From positions 2,934,587 to 2,998,586 of the forward strand of contig CAJINV010000010.1 in assembly GCA_905178155.1 (NCBI GenBank): a stretch of 64,000 nucleotides of DNA, in the 5' to 3' direction. How positions within the stretch are numbered: the first letter of the stretch is position 1; every line of letters begins with the position of its first letter. Source of the stretch: Amoebophrya sp. A120. Taxonomy: Eukaryota > Protista > Dinoflagellata. Shown here piece after piece: positions 46,733 to 58,886 of this stretch. A program made the translations under genes and the position numbers. The notes under the pieces were generated by a model. The model made no database searches. It worked only from the letters and a program-made list of their open reading frames with translations, and had not been told where the DNA came from.

Positions 46733-49700
46733 TCATCGTGCACCTCCAGCACCCGTACTCCTGCCGCCGCCCGAAGTACCAACGTCGAGGCCCGCCAGAG
46801 GTCCACCTCCCACGCCTGCCGAAGCCGTTGTCGCCGGTCTGACCGTTAATTCTTGAATATCAAGAAGAAAAGCCCCCCCTCCCCACATCAAAGCGGAAAT
46901 CTGTGATGCAGATTCGTGGCCACAAATCAGCTTTGTCATGCTAGAAGGGAAAAGATGCGGACTGTAGTGCTGGGAGGGCGTGGGAAGGCCGTGCATCTTC
47001 AGCATGACAGGAGGCAGCTGGACTTGAGAAACAGCATGACAAATTGTCTGCAATTCAGGCCACAGCTGCGTCTCTTGGCCTTCTAGCAATACAAGTCGAT
47101 GAAGTCGATTTGTGTACTCAAATGCTGCATCACAAATGTCCTTTTCGATATGGCGAGGGGGGATTTCTCATTTTGATACTGAATCGTGTTCGTGATATGC
47201 TGCGGAACCGCATCCCGCCGGTAGGCGCAGCTGACCGGGCGCTTCCGGGTTTGCTGCTGCAAAGCGGATGCAGCGGGATTTGTCTTCGTCGTGTTAAGAT
47301 CGTGGTCCCGCAGGACGGCATCCCCGCCGAGGTGGTTGTGGTTGTGGTGGTTTTCTTTTTCCCGCATCTGCCGTTCTTGTTCCGCACGGTGGATCATGAA
47401 ATCTGCCGCGCGCTTTTTTATGAGCAAATTCCGCCACTCCTTGTCGGAGTTTTTGTCCCCCTGGGGCGAGAGCTCCAGCGTACTGGGAAATCGGAACTCC
47501 GTGATGAGATTCTGCTGGACCAGATTTTCATTCGTCCTGCTACCCGCAGGATGAGCACCGCTTCCCCCGCGTGTCGTGGGGGCGTTCAGAGAAGACCCCC
47601 GCGGCGTTCGGCTACCGTTGCGTCGCTGAGCGGTAATATTAGAGGAGGCTGCGTGGAGGTTCTTGTCCGCCGGTGGTCTCCTGGGCGCGCCAGCTCCGAA
47701 CGCCGGCTGAATTTGATTTGCTGGACCTCGTGTAGAAGTTCCACTTTGTGTGGCGGCCGCACCAGTAGAGGCTGCAGCTCCGCCACCTCTCGCCTGCTCC
47801 TGTCCCCCGCGACGTTGTACAACAGGCTCTAGTTCCGAGCCCCCTGTTCCTCCCAGCTGCGTCCCTGGCTGTATCTGCACCCCGCCGGCACTGCTCATGT
47901 GCATCATGTTAGACGACGAACTCCCTCCTCCAAAATGACCTTGCTGCTGGCTCGTGGACAGCTTCGACGTCGGGGTGGTGGTGTATGCGATCCTCAATTG
48001 TTACATTCTCAACTGTTACACGGATTCGTCATGCAAAATTGCCATCGACCTCCACTTGATCAAGGTGCTTAGCATGACAAATTTTCGAAGGGCTAAGCAG
48101 CAAGATAATCTGTGGAAAATCTGTAATGCAAAAGCTGCAATCTTGCCACTTTCACTGTTGCTGTCTCTGCATTACAAATCCATGTAACAGTTGAGAATGT
48201 CATGTTTCAGAATGCCATATGGTGTGCACGTGGTGCTGCATCCCCGCTCCACCCTGTCGGTTTGTGACGTTGATCCTAGAAACAGTGGGGGCTACGGTGG
48301 CTGCGTTCTGGGTGATGAAAAAGTCACCGTTATCGTCCAGGCAGTCGTCATCGTCAATGATGTCAGGGTCTTGGAGGGTGTCGACAATCAAATCGGTTGG
48401 TGGAAATCCTGTGTCGTGAGTGATTTTTGTGAAGAGGAGATGCTGATGCAGGAGAACAAGCAGAGGATTTCTGTGTTTAGACCGACATAAGAACACACTG
48501 AGATTCATATCTCAAACAAATCAATCAAATACTTCCCATCGACGCCCCATGCGGGTCCAACACCGGCTGGTTTTGCACTTGAAACACAAAGGGATCGCAT
48601 TCCAGCGGGTTGATCAATTTCATCGCCCCACATTGCTCGAAAAACGCATTTATGCAATACAAATTTCCCGTACATGTACAAGATGCATCACAAATTTCAA
48701 CACCACTTTGGAGCGTAAAACTTGTCATGCTACACTAGTAGGATAGAAGCCCAGTTTTGTCATGCAGAAACTGCATTTGTACGTGTCTGGGAAATTTACT
48801 GTGGATAGCGTTTGCGTCCTCCGCATTCTTCGCCTGCCCTTTCCGCACCCGGTGCTCATACCTCTGTCGCTGCTGGGACACCGCAGTGTTGTGGCTGGTG
48901 CCCACAAAGTTCGCGCCGCCCGTGCCGCCGGCTAGGGTACCAGCTCCTTGAACAGTAGCGGTTCCTGGAGCACCACCTCCCGTCGCACTCGCAGCACTGC
49001 CAGCTGCTCCACCGACTCGTCTTGTGTTTGCAGAAGCTCCCGCATAATTACCACTAGAAGACGTGGAAGCACCCCCTCCTCCGCCCCCCACCGCTCCGCC
49101 GACCACCCCCGCGGCAAACGCGTTCAAGTTTCCGTATTTTTCCTGCTGCGCCCGGATACTCACGTAGGCGGCGAATTTGTGGGGTCTTTGGGGAGCGAAC
49201 GGAGGGATCACAGACTGGTTGACGTCAAAATTATCTTCAGTGTCATCCGTGTTGTAGCCCGTCGGATCAACCACGGTGTGGTATTGGTGGTCCATAAGAG
49301 TTGTAGTTTTATTATTGCTGTGCGATGCTCCTGCTCCAGCTGCACCTAGTCTTCTTGTTCCACCCGCCGTCGAAATATCATCGTGGTACATAACCCCGTT
49401 TTCCTGCAACGGCACGAGACTTCGCGAGGAAGAGCTGCTGTTGTTGCGATCGTACGCTTTGTAGTGGTGCTGATCTTGCTGCAGCTTCTCGCGTTCCACT
49501 TGCTCCGCGGTGCCGGGGAGGGCCTGATAGATTTTTTTGTGGACAAATTTGTGATGCGAGAAACCGAAATACTTCATGCTCATCAACCAGAACCTGCATG
49601 ACAAAAAAAAAGAAGTCAATCTTCTGTATAGTACCTCCTGAATCGCCTTTTTCACGTCCGACAACAACTCCTTGCAGAGGGCGTTTATGTAGGAATACAG

Positions 49701-50588
49701 CCGTCCGCCGAGTCGCCCCGGCGTCCCCGTGTCCCACCGCGTGATAACCACAAGTAAGTTTTCCAGCTGCAGAGAATCGGAAAGTAAACTCAGCAACTTC
49801 CCCCCGGCCCCCTGTTCGCCGCCGTCCTCGTAGCCGGTCCTGGTGGTGTTGTAGAAATCTTCGTCCTGCTCCTTCCCCTGGACGCCATTTGTTCTCATCT
49901 TCTGCTGCATCATCAATATCTCTTCCTGGTGCGGCAAAACCTCCCTGATCCGATACGCGTAGATCCAGTTCCTCACGTTCCTGAACTTGTTGTCCTGCCG
50001 CAAAATCGCCATTACAGGCGCAATTTGCTCTTCGTTGATCACGCAGCAAACGTGGGCTTGTAGGATCGTTTTCTGGAAAACCTTTTTTCGCCCGGAGGTC
50101 AGTGTGGAGAAAGGGAGGGAAAGGGAGGAAGTTTGGGGGTGGTTGCTGGGCTGATTTGATGTGGATGAATTACTTGCGTTTGGATTGGTGGAATTATTGG
50201 TCACCACCAGCGGTCCGACCATGGCTTCGAACCGCGCTCGTAATTGCTCCTCAGCATCGGTGTGTTGGTACGGGAGGGGCGCAGGGACGATAGCACTGGT
50301 AGAACTTATACCGGGGGCTGTGAGAGCTCCAGCTGCCGCTGGTGCTGCTGCACCTGCATGGGAAGCAGCTCCTCCGCTGTTGGATTCGGACGTAGTGGTG
50401 GCACCTTGTATTGGGATAGCTGGTGGTGGAAGGGTTTCGGGACCCTTGAATACGCCGTCGATGGGAACGAGGGGCTGCTGTGGCACGGCCGCGGAAGCCG
50501 GAGGACCATGATCTTCGACATTCGATGTGGCGGCATGATCCAGCGGACGTCCACTGGGTGACGGGGAGCCGGTAGGAAGTGGCATCAT
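46733..50588 (-). CDS. IMPACT/YigZ (UPF0029)-domain protein with long low-complexity extensions
   Basis: TILQAHV, NWIYAYRI, GYEDGGEQGAGGKLL, NLLVVITRW and GRLG motifs. Contains 3 introners and at least one GT-AG intron. Start codon uncertain. Confidence 0.75.
46858..47178. mobile_element. Introner family C (IMPACT-domain gene)
   Basis: Family C TIR; DR TTGAA/CTGAA. Confidence 0.87.
47984..48219. mobile_element. Introner family F (IMPACT-domain gene)
   Basis: Body similar to 25819-26054; DR TGGTG/TGGTG. Confidence 0.88.
48651..48807. mobile_element. Introner (IMPACT-domain gene)
   Basis: TATGCA..AAATTTCCC / GGGAAATTT..GGATA; DR GCATT/GCGTT. Confidence 0.83.
49524..49634 (-). other. Probable canonical GT-AG intron (IMPACT-domain gene), 111 nt, in frame
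   Basis: GAG|GTACTA...ATCAG|GCC; AT-rich; carries GCATCACAA. Confidence 0.7.
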
Positions 50589-52777
50589 GATGTGTAGGAT
50601 AGTCCTACCCCTCCGGAAGGGGGTCAAACTCTTGTTCGTTCTATTGCATTTGTCCACCAGTGAGAGGAGAGTAGAAGAGGCACTTGAAGCAATGACTGAT
50701 TCATGATGTCGAAGATCATACTAGTGCAACTAGCAACATCGATGTTCGCTCGTCTGTTTTTTTAGTTTGTCTTCGGGTTCGGCGGGGGCTCTTGAGGATG
50801 GGCAATAAGTGTGCGTGACCAATCGAAGATCATAGGTGACACACAGATCAGCCCATCTGCGAAGAAGGAAAAATATAGCAAGTTGCTGTGGCTCGCGCTC
50901 GCTCGGCCTCCGACGCCGACGCGAAATAATACGAACAGAACGTGGTCGCGGACACGCTCACAGCAGCCCCCGTCTACTTTCTTTGGATCGAGTAATCTTC
51001 TAGCGACACTGCCAAACAATGAAACGCGGCTGCGCAAGGTCCAAGTCTCACAGACACCGCGCGCCGCGCGCAGGGCTCTTGCGGCACGCGACGTCAATCG
51101 GGGCTGCGCGGGCGCTTTCCATCTCAACGGCCGAACGAGCTAAATTAGCCCCGCGGGAACGCAAAATTGAGGGCGCCGGCAAAGCGGGCCCGCCCAGCGG
51201 GGTTCGCCAGCTACCTAGCTGCCGCCCGCCGTGGCCGAAACACAAGGGGTCGCCGCGCTTCTGCAGATAAAGACCCCCCCGCCCGGGCCGCGGGGAGGCC
51301 CCGGGCGTCCCGGAACCCGCTGGCAGGCCGGCCGCACCCGTGCACGCGGCGCGCCGCCGGGGGCCACGCGGGCGAAGGCCGGCGCCCGCGCGCCCGCCCG
51401 GCGGCCGCTGGTTTCCCGGGGCCGGGGCCAAGCTCACAAGGCCGCGCGCTAAGGTGTCGCGAGCGGCTGCCCGAAATAGCGGGGCCGGTGGGGGCGCGCG
51501 TCTGGCTTGGGCTATCGCCCGGGACTGATGAAGCCGGATGCGCTGCCGCACACAAGGGCGGCCGCGTCGTCGTAAACCTCACACGGCGGCGTCCCGAGCC
51601 CGGAGGCCTTCTCGAGCTCCACGCTCGCCACCGACAAATCATGGACGCGCCCACCCCCGGAAGCCGCAGCCCTGTTTTTTGCCGCCTGCGCGACCAGCGC
51701 ACGCAGCTCCGTCCCCACCGGCGATGGCGTGGCCCCGTCCCGCAGGGCCGCCCAGATCAGAATCGAGCTCATCAAGATCCTGCGCTGAGGACCGCCCGAC
51801 ACGCGCCGGCGATCAAACTCCGGAGGCTGCAACTCTTCCTGCCGCCGGCGACACGACTTCAGGCGCCGGCCCCTGCTCGTGCGGCACCACGGCCCATTCG
51901 CAGGCTGCGCGGTCGGCGGAGTGCCATCCGTCCTGCCGCGCTCTGTCGTGCTCTTCACTATCATGCGTGATGCTCCGCCACCGTGGGGCCATCTTGAAAT
52001 GATTTCTGTACGGACACACGACCACGTCTGAAGCGAACAACCCAAAATATCACGAAATTAACATACACGATCACGACGAGGACGAAGATTGAGAGTCAAA
52101 ATATATCTCACTCCTCCTCCTCCTCCTGCGGCAGCATGGGCACAGGGTCAAGACTCAAGCTGGCATAAGATCGGAACATTATCGCTCACTCATCTCTCTC
52201 TCTCAACGCCAACACGCATTCTAGCATTAAAATCGCTTCTCCGTCTCCACCGCTCGCTACCTTCGACCTCAAATCCGCTCTTTGGCCATATGTAGGATCA
52301 CACACAAAGTGATTCTCACCGGGGCAGACTACAACATCGAACTGCATCTACATTCTGTAGGTGAAGTTTCCATCATTGTCTTGGCCGTCGCTTCATCATT
52401 CGCACTATTGGCCGTCGCCTTATAATTTGAATCTTCCAAAAAACCCAAAATGGCCGTCGCGATACACGACCAAAATCAATTCTACGATCTGCATGGTTGT
52501 CCTTATGTTTTTTGCAATGCCAGCAGCAATTACAAATCATGCCGCCTTTCATGCTCGGAAGCTACGATTTCCAATTACAACTTGTACTCGGATCATCTCT
52601 AGATGTACTAGTAGTCCACGATCTACAACTTCTTGTTCAAAACAAGCAAATCCTACTCCCAAAATCTTTGAATGTCCTCCTTTTGAGGACGCGGTCGCTA
52701 CCATTCCCCGCATCGGCGCCGTAGCTTCCATCTCCACTCCGAAATCACTCGCAAGAAGAATAAAAACTTCTACATGA

Positions 52778-53786
52778 TCAACTGCCGCAGGACGAGGAAT
52801 TCCCACTCATGCTAGTTTTTCGTCTACCAGTACTAGATGAGCAGCCCCCGGCCGCCTCACAGTAGGCCGCGGTCGACGAGCTTTGGCTTTGCTTGCCCGG
52901 AAGATGAGTTCTTGTAGCAAGCTGTTGATAGGGCTGGTGTTGACCAACTGGTTGATGTAGCGTCGACCGACTCGACATCATGCCGTAACTACAGGTAGAA
53001 AACGGTCTCGTGCTGATCCGTGTGTCCGTGATCACTTCTACCTTAAGACTAGTATTCGGCTGCTGGAGAACGGAAGTTTCGTACTTTGCGTCGAGTAAAT
53101 TGAAATCATATGAACTGTAAAAGTATCGTAATCGTACTCGTATAAATGCATGACAATTTCCATCAGCATGAGAAATAAAATTTGCAATGCGGATTTACCT
53201 TGAGAAAAAAATTTGTAATGCATGATTGCAATACGATTACGAGTACGATACTTTTGCACAGGATAAATCCGGGTACTTGAAAAGGCGGCGGATCACCTCG
53301 ACCTGTTTGGTCTTCGGAAGTTGCCCGGTGGAAGCTTGTGATGCTGCTCCTGCTGCTCCACCTCCAGGGTTATTAACATTAATTGCGTCATCCTCTTCAT
53401 CGTCCACTACCTGGGACAAGCAGCTTTCCAACTTCTCCTTGGAGAAATCTGCAGCGGACTTCGTATCCTGTGCAAAAGTATCGTACTGGTACTCGTATAT
53501 TAATGCATTACAAATTTCCTCAGCATGAGAAATAGAGTTTCTATATGCGGATTTACCTTAAGAAAAAGATTTGCCATGCAAGACTTGCATTTATACGAGT
53601 ACGCTACTTTTGCACAGGATACTTCGCGTCCTCAAACGAGCGGAACGTGTCTCCGGGACTGGTCATATAAAAATCGTTGTAATTATTCAATGTCGATGAA
53701 TCATGATCGCTCTTCGACTTCGCCAAGTTCTTGTCGTTGTCCCCCGACTGCTGCTGTGTGGTTGAAATGAATTGCTCCACCTCCAT
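52778..53786 (-). CDS. Hypothetical protein or gene fragment with two introners
   Basis: Removing 53464-53621 and 53109-53265 (each plus 5 nt) joins three ORF pieces in frame. No recognisable domain. Bracketed by a 51-bp direct repeat. Confidence 0.5.
53109..53265. mobile_element. Introner family E
   Basis: Family E TIR; DR AATCA/AATCC. Confidence 0.9.
53464..53621. mobile_element. Introner family E
   Basis: TATCCTGTGCAAAAGTA TIR; DR CTTCG/CTTCG. Confidence 0.92.
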
Positions 53787-53858
53787 TTGGTCGATTTCCA
53801 ATTCGTATCAAACCTAAACTTCTACATGATCAACTGCCGCAGGACGAGGAATTCCCAC

Positions 53859-56332
53859 TCATGCTACAATCCGCAGCTCCTTGTGTCCCCAGCCGTACGC
53901 GTGCTTGTGCGTCTCAAAAATGTTTTCAAATTCTTCACATAGTTTCCCGTGGTACAGGTCCACCTGGTCGTTCGTAATTGCGGAAGTTACTCCTGACCCT
54001 GAGCCAGAACCCTCCACAAAGCAATCAATCGGTTTTCCGAATACCACCGCAACCGGTTTTCGATACGGCGGCCCATACGGCATTCCGAACCGGCCGAAGA
54101 ACGGGAGGATGCTGACGTTCAATTTTGTGGAGACCGTCGCCAAAATCCCAAAAGGGTCTTGCAGCACCGAGTATAATTCCGATTGCCCGAACGCGTAAAC
54201 TGGAATCAATGGCTTCCCCGTTTTCAGCGCGATCTTCACGATCCCCTTCCTATCCGCGATACACGCCGTTTCGCGCTTTTTCGATTGGTATCAAGTGTAA
54301 AAGTGTCTGGGTCTGGAAGAATGCAACTTGTGATGCTATTTTTGGAATCGAAAAAAATCTGCATTGCATGAGCAGCAAGAGGCGTCCAGTTTTTGCTCCG
54401 CGGAGAGGGGATTTCTCATGCGGTATAGGCATCAGAGAGCCCTCACATAATCTGTGATGCTAGGGCATGCATCACAGACATCAGGACTCATGCAAAATGT
54501 GCATGACAAACCTTGCATCCTTCCAGACCCAGACATATTTGCAATGCATAACTGGTAAAACATCCCCTTGATCCCGTCCAACACGATCCCGATGGACTGC
54601 TTCAGCTCCAAATATTTCTCAATCTTCTTCCCGTTCGCTATCAAATGCAAAAATGTCTGGGTCTGGAAGAATCCGAACTTGTGATGCTGCATGTGGATTC
54701 CAAAAAAATCTGTATTGCATGAGCAGCAAAGGGACTGCAGTTTTGGCTACGCGGAGAGGGCATTTGTCATGCGGAATAGGGATCGCGAAGCCCTCAAAAA
54801 ATCTGTGATGCTAGGGCATGCATCACAGACATCACGACCCATGCAAAACGTGCATGACAAGTCTCAGAATCTTCCAGACCCAGACATTTTTGCAGTTGAT
54901 ATTCGCCGGAATGTAGCCCAGTGACCGCAGCAGCGCGGAAACGAAGGGGAGCTTGAACAACACCGGCGCACAGGTCCACCGGGTCAAAGCGCAGGGCTTT
55001 GTCTCTGCCGTCCCAAAAAGCTTGCTCCACATGCTGTAGCAGGTCTGCGCTAAGGGGGCCGGGCCGTGGGGAATCATGACAAAAATCCCGTTTTCGTACT
55101 TGTCCAAGATTTCGTCGACCTCGGTTGGCCAGATAAGTTGCAGAGACAGGTACTTCATGGACAGCCACTCGGAGAAGAGGTACTGATTTTTGAAAAAATT
55201 ATCGTCCCCCTTCGTCTGGTTGAACATCAAATCGTACGCGTAAATGAGCTTCGGATAGCGTTTATGCATTGCAAAAGTATCGCACTTAGTAGAAATAGCA
55301 TTTTACAAATTTTATTTTCACCAGGAAAATGTGTAATGCTGGATTACCCACAGAAACCAGGTCTGTCATGCATCACTGCAATTTATACGAGTACGACACT
55401 TTTGCAGAGCATAGCGCTTTCTCAACAACGGCTGCAGGATGAAGAACTCGAGAGAGAACAGGAACGCGGGGAAGAGTATTGTGTATGGATTGCAAAAGCA
55501 TCGTACTAGTATAAATTGCATTACAAATTAGCCCAGCATAATACAAATCAAATTTGTAGTGCTGATTTACCTTGAGAAAGAGATTTGTAATGCATAAATG
55601 CAATTACTACGAGTACGATACTTTTGCAGTTCATACTGTCAGTAATATCGCGATGTTCAAATAGTACCCAGCGGATTCGTATCCTGTGCAAAAGTATCGT
55701 ACTCGTATAGCAATCATGCATTACAAATCTTTATCTTAAGGTAAATCCGCATTACAAATTTCATTTCTCATGCTGGAGAAATTTGTAATGCATTTATACG
55801 AGTACGATACTTTTGCAATGCATAACTCGTACACCAAATCAGACAACCCGCAAAACGGGAGCACCAAAAACCTGCTCAGGAGAAAAAGCGGTAGCAACCC
55901 GGGCGTCACATTGAGCGACAGGTACAAAGTGATTCCGATAATCCGCTCGGTGTGCATCAGAGGGTCCATCGGCTCAATTTTGTCCAGGTCGGGAACTACC
56001 GGGGCCGTCGTCGATTTTTTTTGCATTTGCTCTACATGAAGATCTCCTGCAGCTGCGGTACCGTCCTTGTCTTTCACCTCAATCCTTTCCGCGAGCTGCC
56101 TCCATTCCTCCCGAGAAATATCCTTGTTGTGCAGTTCTGTGGGGAACGTGCCGAGCCTCAAGCGGTAGTAGGTCGTCGGTGCCGAGGAGGTGCCGGTGGG
56201 TCTGCTTTTCGAGGAGGTGGTGGACAACGACGACCCACTAGTTGAGCTTGTAGTTGTTGTCGCGCTGGTAGAAGCATTTGGTGCGGCACGGTGGCGCAAA
56301 GAACTACTCCCCGCTTGTTCTCCAGGTGCCAT
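53859..56332 (-). CDS. DGAT2: Diacylglycerol/monoacylglycerol acyltransferase (DGAT2/MOGAT family)
   Basis: FVMIPHG (HPHG-like), IVLDGIKGMFY, RKGIVKIALKTGKPLIPVYAFGQ, GRFGMPYGPPYRKPVAVVFGKPI. Contains 5 introners. Confidence 0.85.
54289..54550. mobile_element. Introner family A (DGAT2)
   Basis: Family A TIR; DR ATTGG/ACTGG. Confidence 0.9.
54639..54901. mobile_element. Introner family A (DGAT2)
   Basis: Family A TIR; DR TTCGC/TTCGC. Confidence 0.92.
55263..55413. mobile_element. Introner family E (DGAT2)
   Basis: Family E TIR; DR GCGTT/GCGCT. Confidence 0.88.
55484..55635. mobile_element. Introner family E (DGAT2)
   Basis: Family E TIR; DR TTGTG/CTGTC. Confidence 0.87.
55680..55824. mobile_element. 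Introner family E (DGAT2)
   Basis: Family E TIR; DR ATTCG/ACTCG. Confidence 0.9.
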
Positions 56333-57130
56333 TGCTCTATGCTGAGATGAAAACCTATGCAATACAAGCAGGACGACACGGCGCGAATTGCAATCGCGTA
56401 ATTAAACGTGGGTCCTAAAGTATTACACGATGCCGAACGATAATTGCGGTGGAAATGTTGATGTTGTCAATACAGGCACGATTAAAAAACCAAGATTCTA
56501 CGGCTACATACAATACTTAATCATGATGACAGAGCAGAATCAGAAAATTTTACGTGTCGTGAATCCTCGTCAAACATTGACGCATGGACAAAAAAAAGAA
56601 TAAGAAAGATGATAAATCGAAATATTATATAGCGAAAGCTGCATATGCCTCTTGTAACTGAGCATCTAACTCTAAGTTGTAGTACTGGCTTCAGAAGCAG
56701 ACTCAGATTTGCTTCAACGGAACGTTAAAAGCCGAGCTATGCTGTGCTGACTCCGAAAATCCTCCTTGAGGGCGGAAAATACTAGCTGGCGCGGGGAACT
56801 ACAACCAGCCTGAGCCCTGCCTTTTGATGGAGTGATCAGATCGTGATCTACAACATCTTTGTTTTCATCGCGTTTTTAGGTGATCCTCTTCTGGAAGATG
56901 ATCTAGCTGCGTGTGCTTGTGATGATCAAAACCGATTCTTTTTCTTGCTGCACTAGAGACAGTGCGTAGTTGCCGTTGCCTTTGGAACACGTATGGATGC
57001 CGAGACAGCAAGAACATGGAGTGAGAGCAAATAGGTGCACTACCATCGTGATTTGATTTTTTGTCCTAGATAAGACTGAAAGTAGAAAAACAACCACCAA
57101 CGACCTAAGGTGGAAAGTTGAAAAACACCA

Positions 57131-57250
57131 CCACCCACCACCACCCACCGCCACCCACCACCACCCACCGCCACCCACCACCACCCACCGCCACCCACCG
57201 CCACCCACCGCCACCCACCGCCACCCACCGCCACCCACCGCCACCCACCG
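57131..57250. repeat. Minisatellite (CCACCCACC[A/G])12
   Basis: Read directly from the sequence. Confidence 0.95.
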
Positions 57251-57655
57251 CCCCCCGCTTCTGCCCCTAGCTTGCGCGTTGGTGTCTGTAGAGTCGTAAG
57301 GCTCGTGGCGCCCTCCCCCGCGCGGCGCGCCCGCGCCTGCTACCAGCGGGGCCCCCGGGCCGCGTTTTCTTTTGGGCCCGAGGCCCGTGCCGCTTGCGAA
57401 AGATTCACGACGCCCGGTAGCGCGCGCGCTGTCGTTCCGCGCCTGCCCTGGCACTGCCGTTCCCGCGCTTGTGAGTGTGTTCCGCGCCTGCCCAGATATA
57501 ATTGCGCCGACGAGCCTCGCGCCCCGCTTTTGTTTGCTGCCCCGAGCGAGGTATGTGCTGCTGCTTGTCATAAGTGATTGCGATTCATCCCGTTGTAGAC
57601 GCTCGCCGGTCAGTTTCAGAATATGGCAGCTGGCGGGACGGCTTTTGGGTGGAGG

Positions 57656-57853
57656 TATAAAGTGCAAAAGTGTCCGGGTCTGGAAGGTTCTGAGATTTGT
57701 CCCGAAGTTTTTGCATGGGCTGCGATGCCTGTCATGCATGCCCCAGCATGATGGGGCGACTGAGGATTTCGATGCCTATTCCGCATGACAAATGCCCTCT
57801 ACGCAGCCGCAGCTGTTGCAGTCTTCCAGACCCAGACACTTTCGCACTTGATA
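57656..57853. mobile_element. Degenerate introner family A outside any intact gene
   Basis: Family A TIR with mutations and an internal deletion; DR GGAGG/GGACG; a truncated half-element follows at about 58054. Confidence 0.75.
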
Positions 57854-58210
57854 GGACGAGACTTCTAACAACATCTTCAGAGCACCGGTTCCGCAGTGGC
57901 TCCAGGCGACGGCGCGAGAAAAGGAGCAGAAAAAAGAGGACAAGCACTTCGCGGAGCACGAGAGGTGGTGCATGAAAAACCTCCCGCGGCTGGACTTCCA
58001 CAACACCAAAAAACACGGGTACACAACGTGGCCGACTAACGCCATCAACGGCCTACCAAATGCAAAAGCGTCGAGGTCTGGAATTTTGCCAGGTTTGTCA
58101 TGCATGTCGTGCATGACTCGAGTGCTCATGTTGCCAGGTTTGTCCTGCATGTTTTGCATGGCTCAGCTGCGGCCGCGTGGTCGCAGCAAACTTTTTTGCT
58201 CACGACCACG

Positions 58211-58480
58211 AGGAAGATCTTTTCTCCAAGAAGAAGAAGTTCAAAAAAAGGATCGCTTTCTTTTTAGACGAAGGCGATCTTTTTTTTTTTTTTGAAGAAG
58301 ACGCAGAAGATCTTTCTTTTGAAGAGGAAGAGTCGTCTTCTTCAAAAAAAAGATCTTCCTCAAGAAATGATCTTCTTCAAAAGGATGAAGAAGAAGATCT
58401 CCTTCATTCTTCGTGCAGAAGATCTTCCTCTTCTTGAAGAAAAAAAGATTCCTGTCTTCTAAGAAGACGACGATCTTTTT
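58211..58480. repeat. Low-complexity GAAGA/TCTT-rich quasi-palindromic tract
   Basis: Repeated GAAGATCTT-type words in both orientations. Confidence 0.7.
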
Positions 58481-58886
58481 TTTTGCCTTTCCTTTGGAAC
58501 ACGTATGGATGCCGAGACAGCAAGAACATCATTGCTCGCGTCTTTATCCACTGGGCTACCGTGGCAGCTGCACAAACGACGATGCTGCAATTCCGTCGAT
58601 AGACACACGACGAGATTCCCTACTTGCTGTGCTACCCTGCGTTTCGCAGACATCTTTTCACTTTATTTTGCGCTCGCGGAGGTATTGACAAGCAGCACAG
58701 GCGGTGACTTCTTGTACTTTAGACTGATCTACGTTTTCACGACTGCGGTTATTTCCTGAAGTGCATAGGATGTTTCACTTTCAAAAGGCAAGTATAACTT
58801 TGACTTTGCAGGTTTCGTCAAATACAAATTCTACATTCACAAGTCCAATGCAGATTTCATCACGCAGAGCAACTTCTACTGCACCG

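Noticed and set aside
57131-57250. Telomeric repeat or Trp/Gly-repeat protein
   Set aside because: It is an interstitial 10-mer minisatellite, not a TTTAGGG-type repeat; the WRWVAVGGGG ORF is a by-product.
57972-58053. HGYTTWP similarity to the kinase GYTTWP segment
   Set aside because: Only 6 residues match and the flanks do not align, so homology is not supported.
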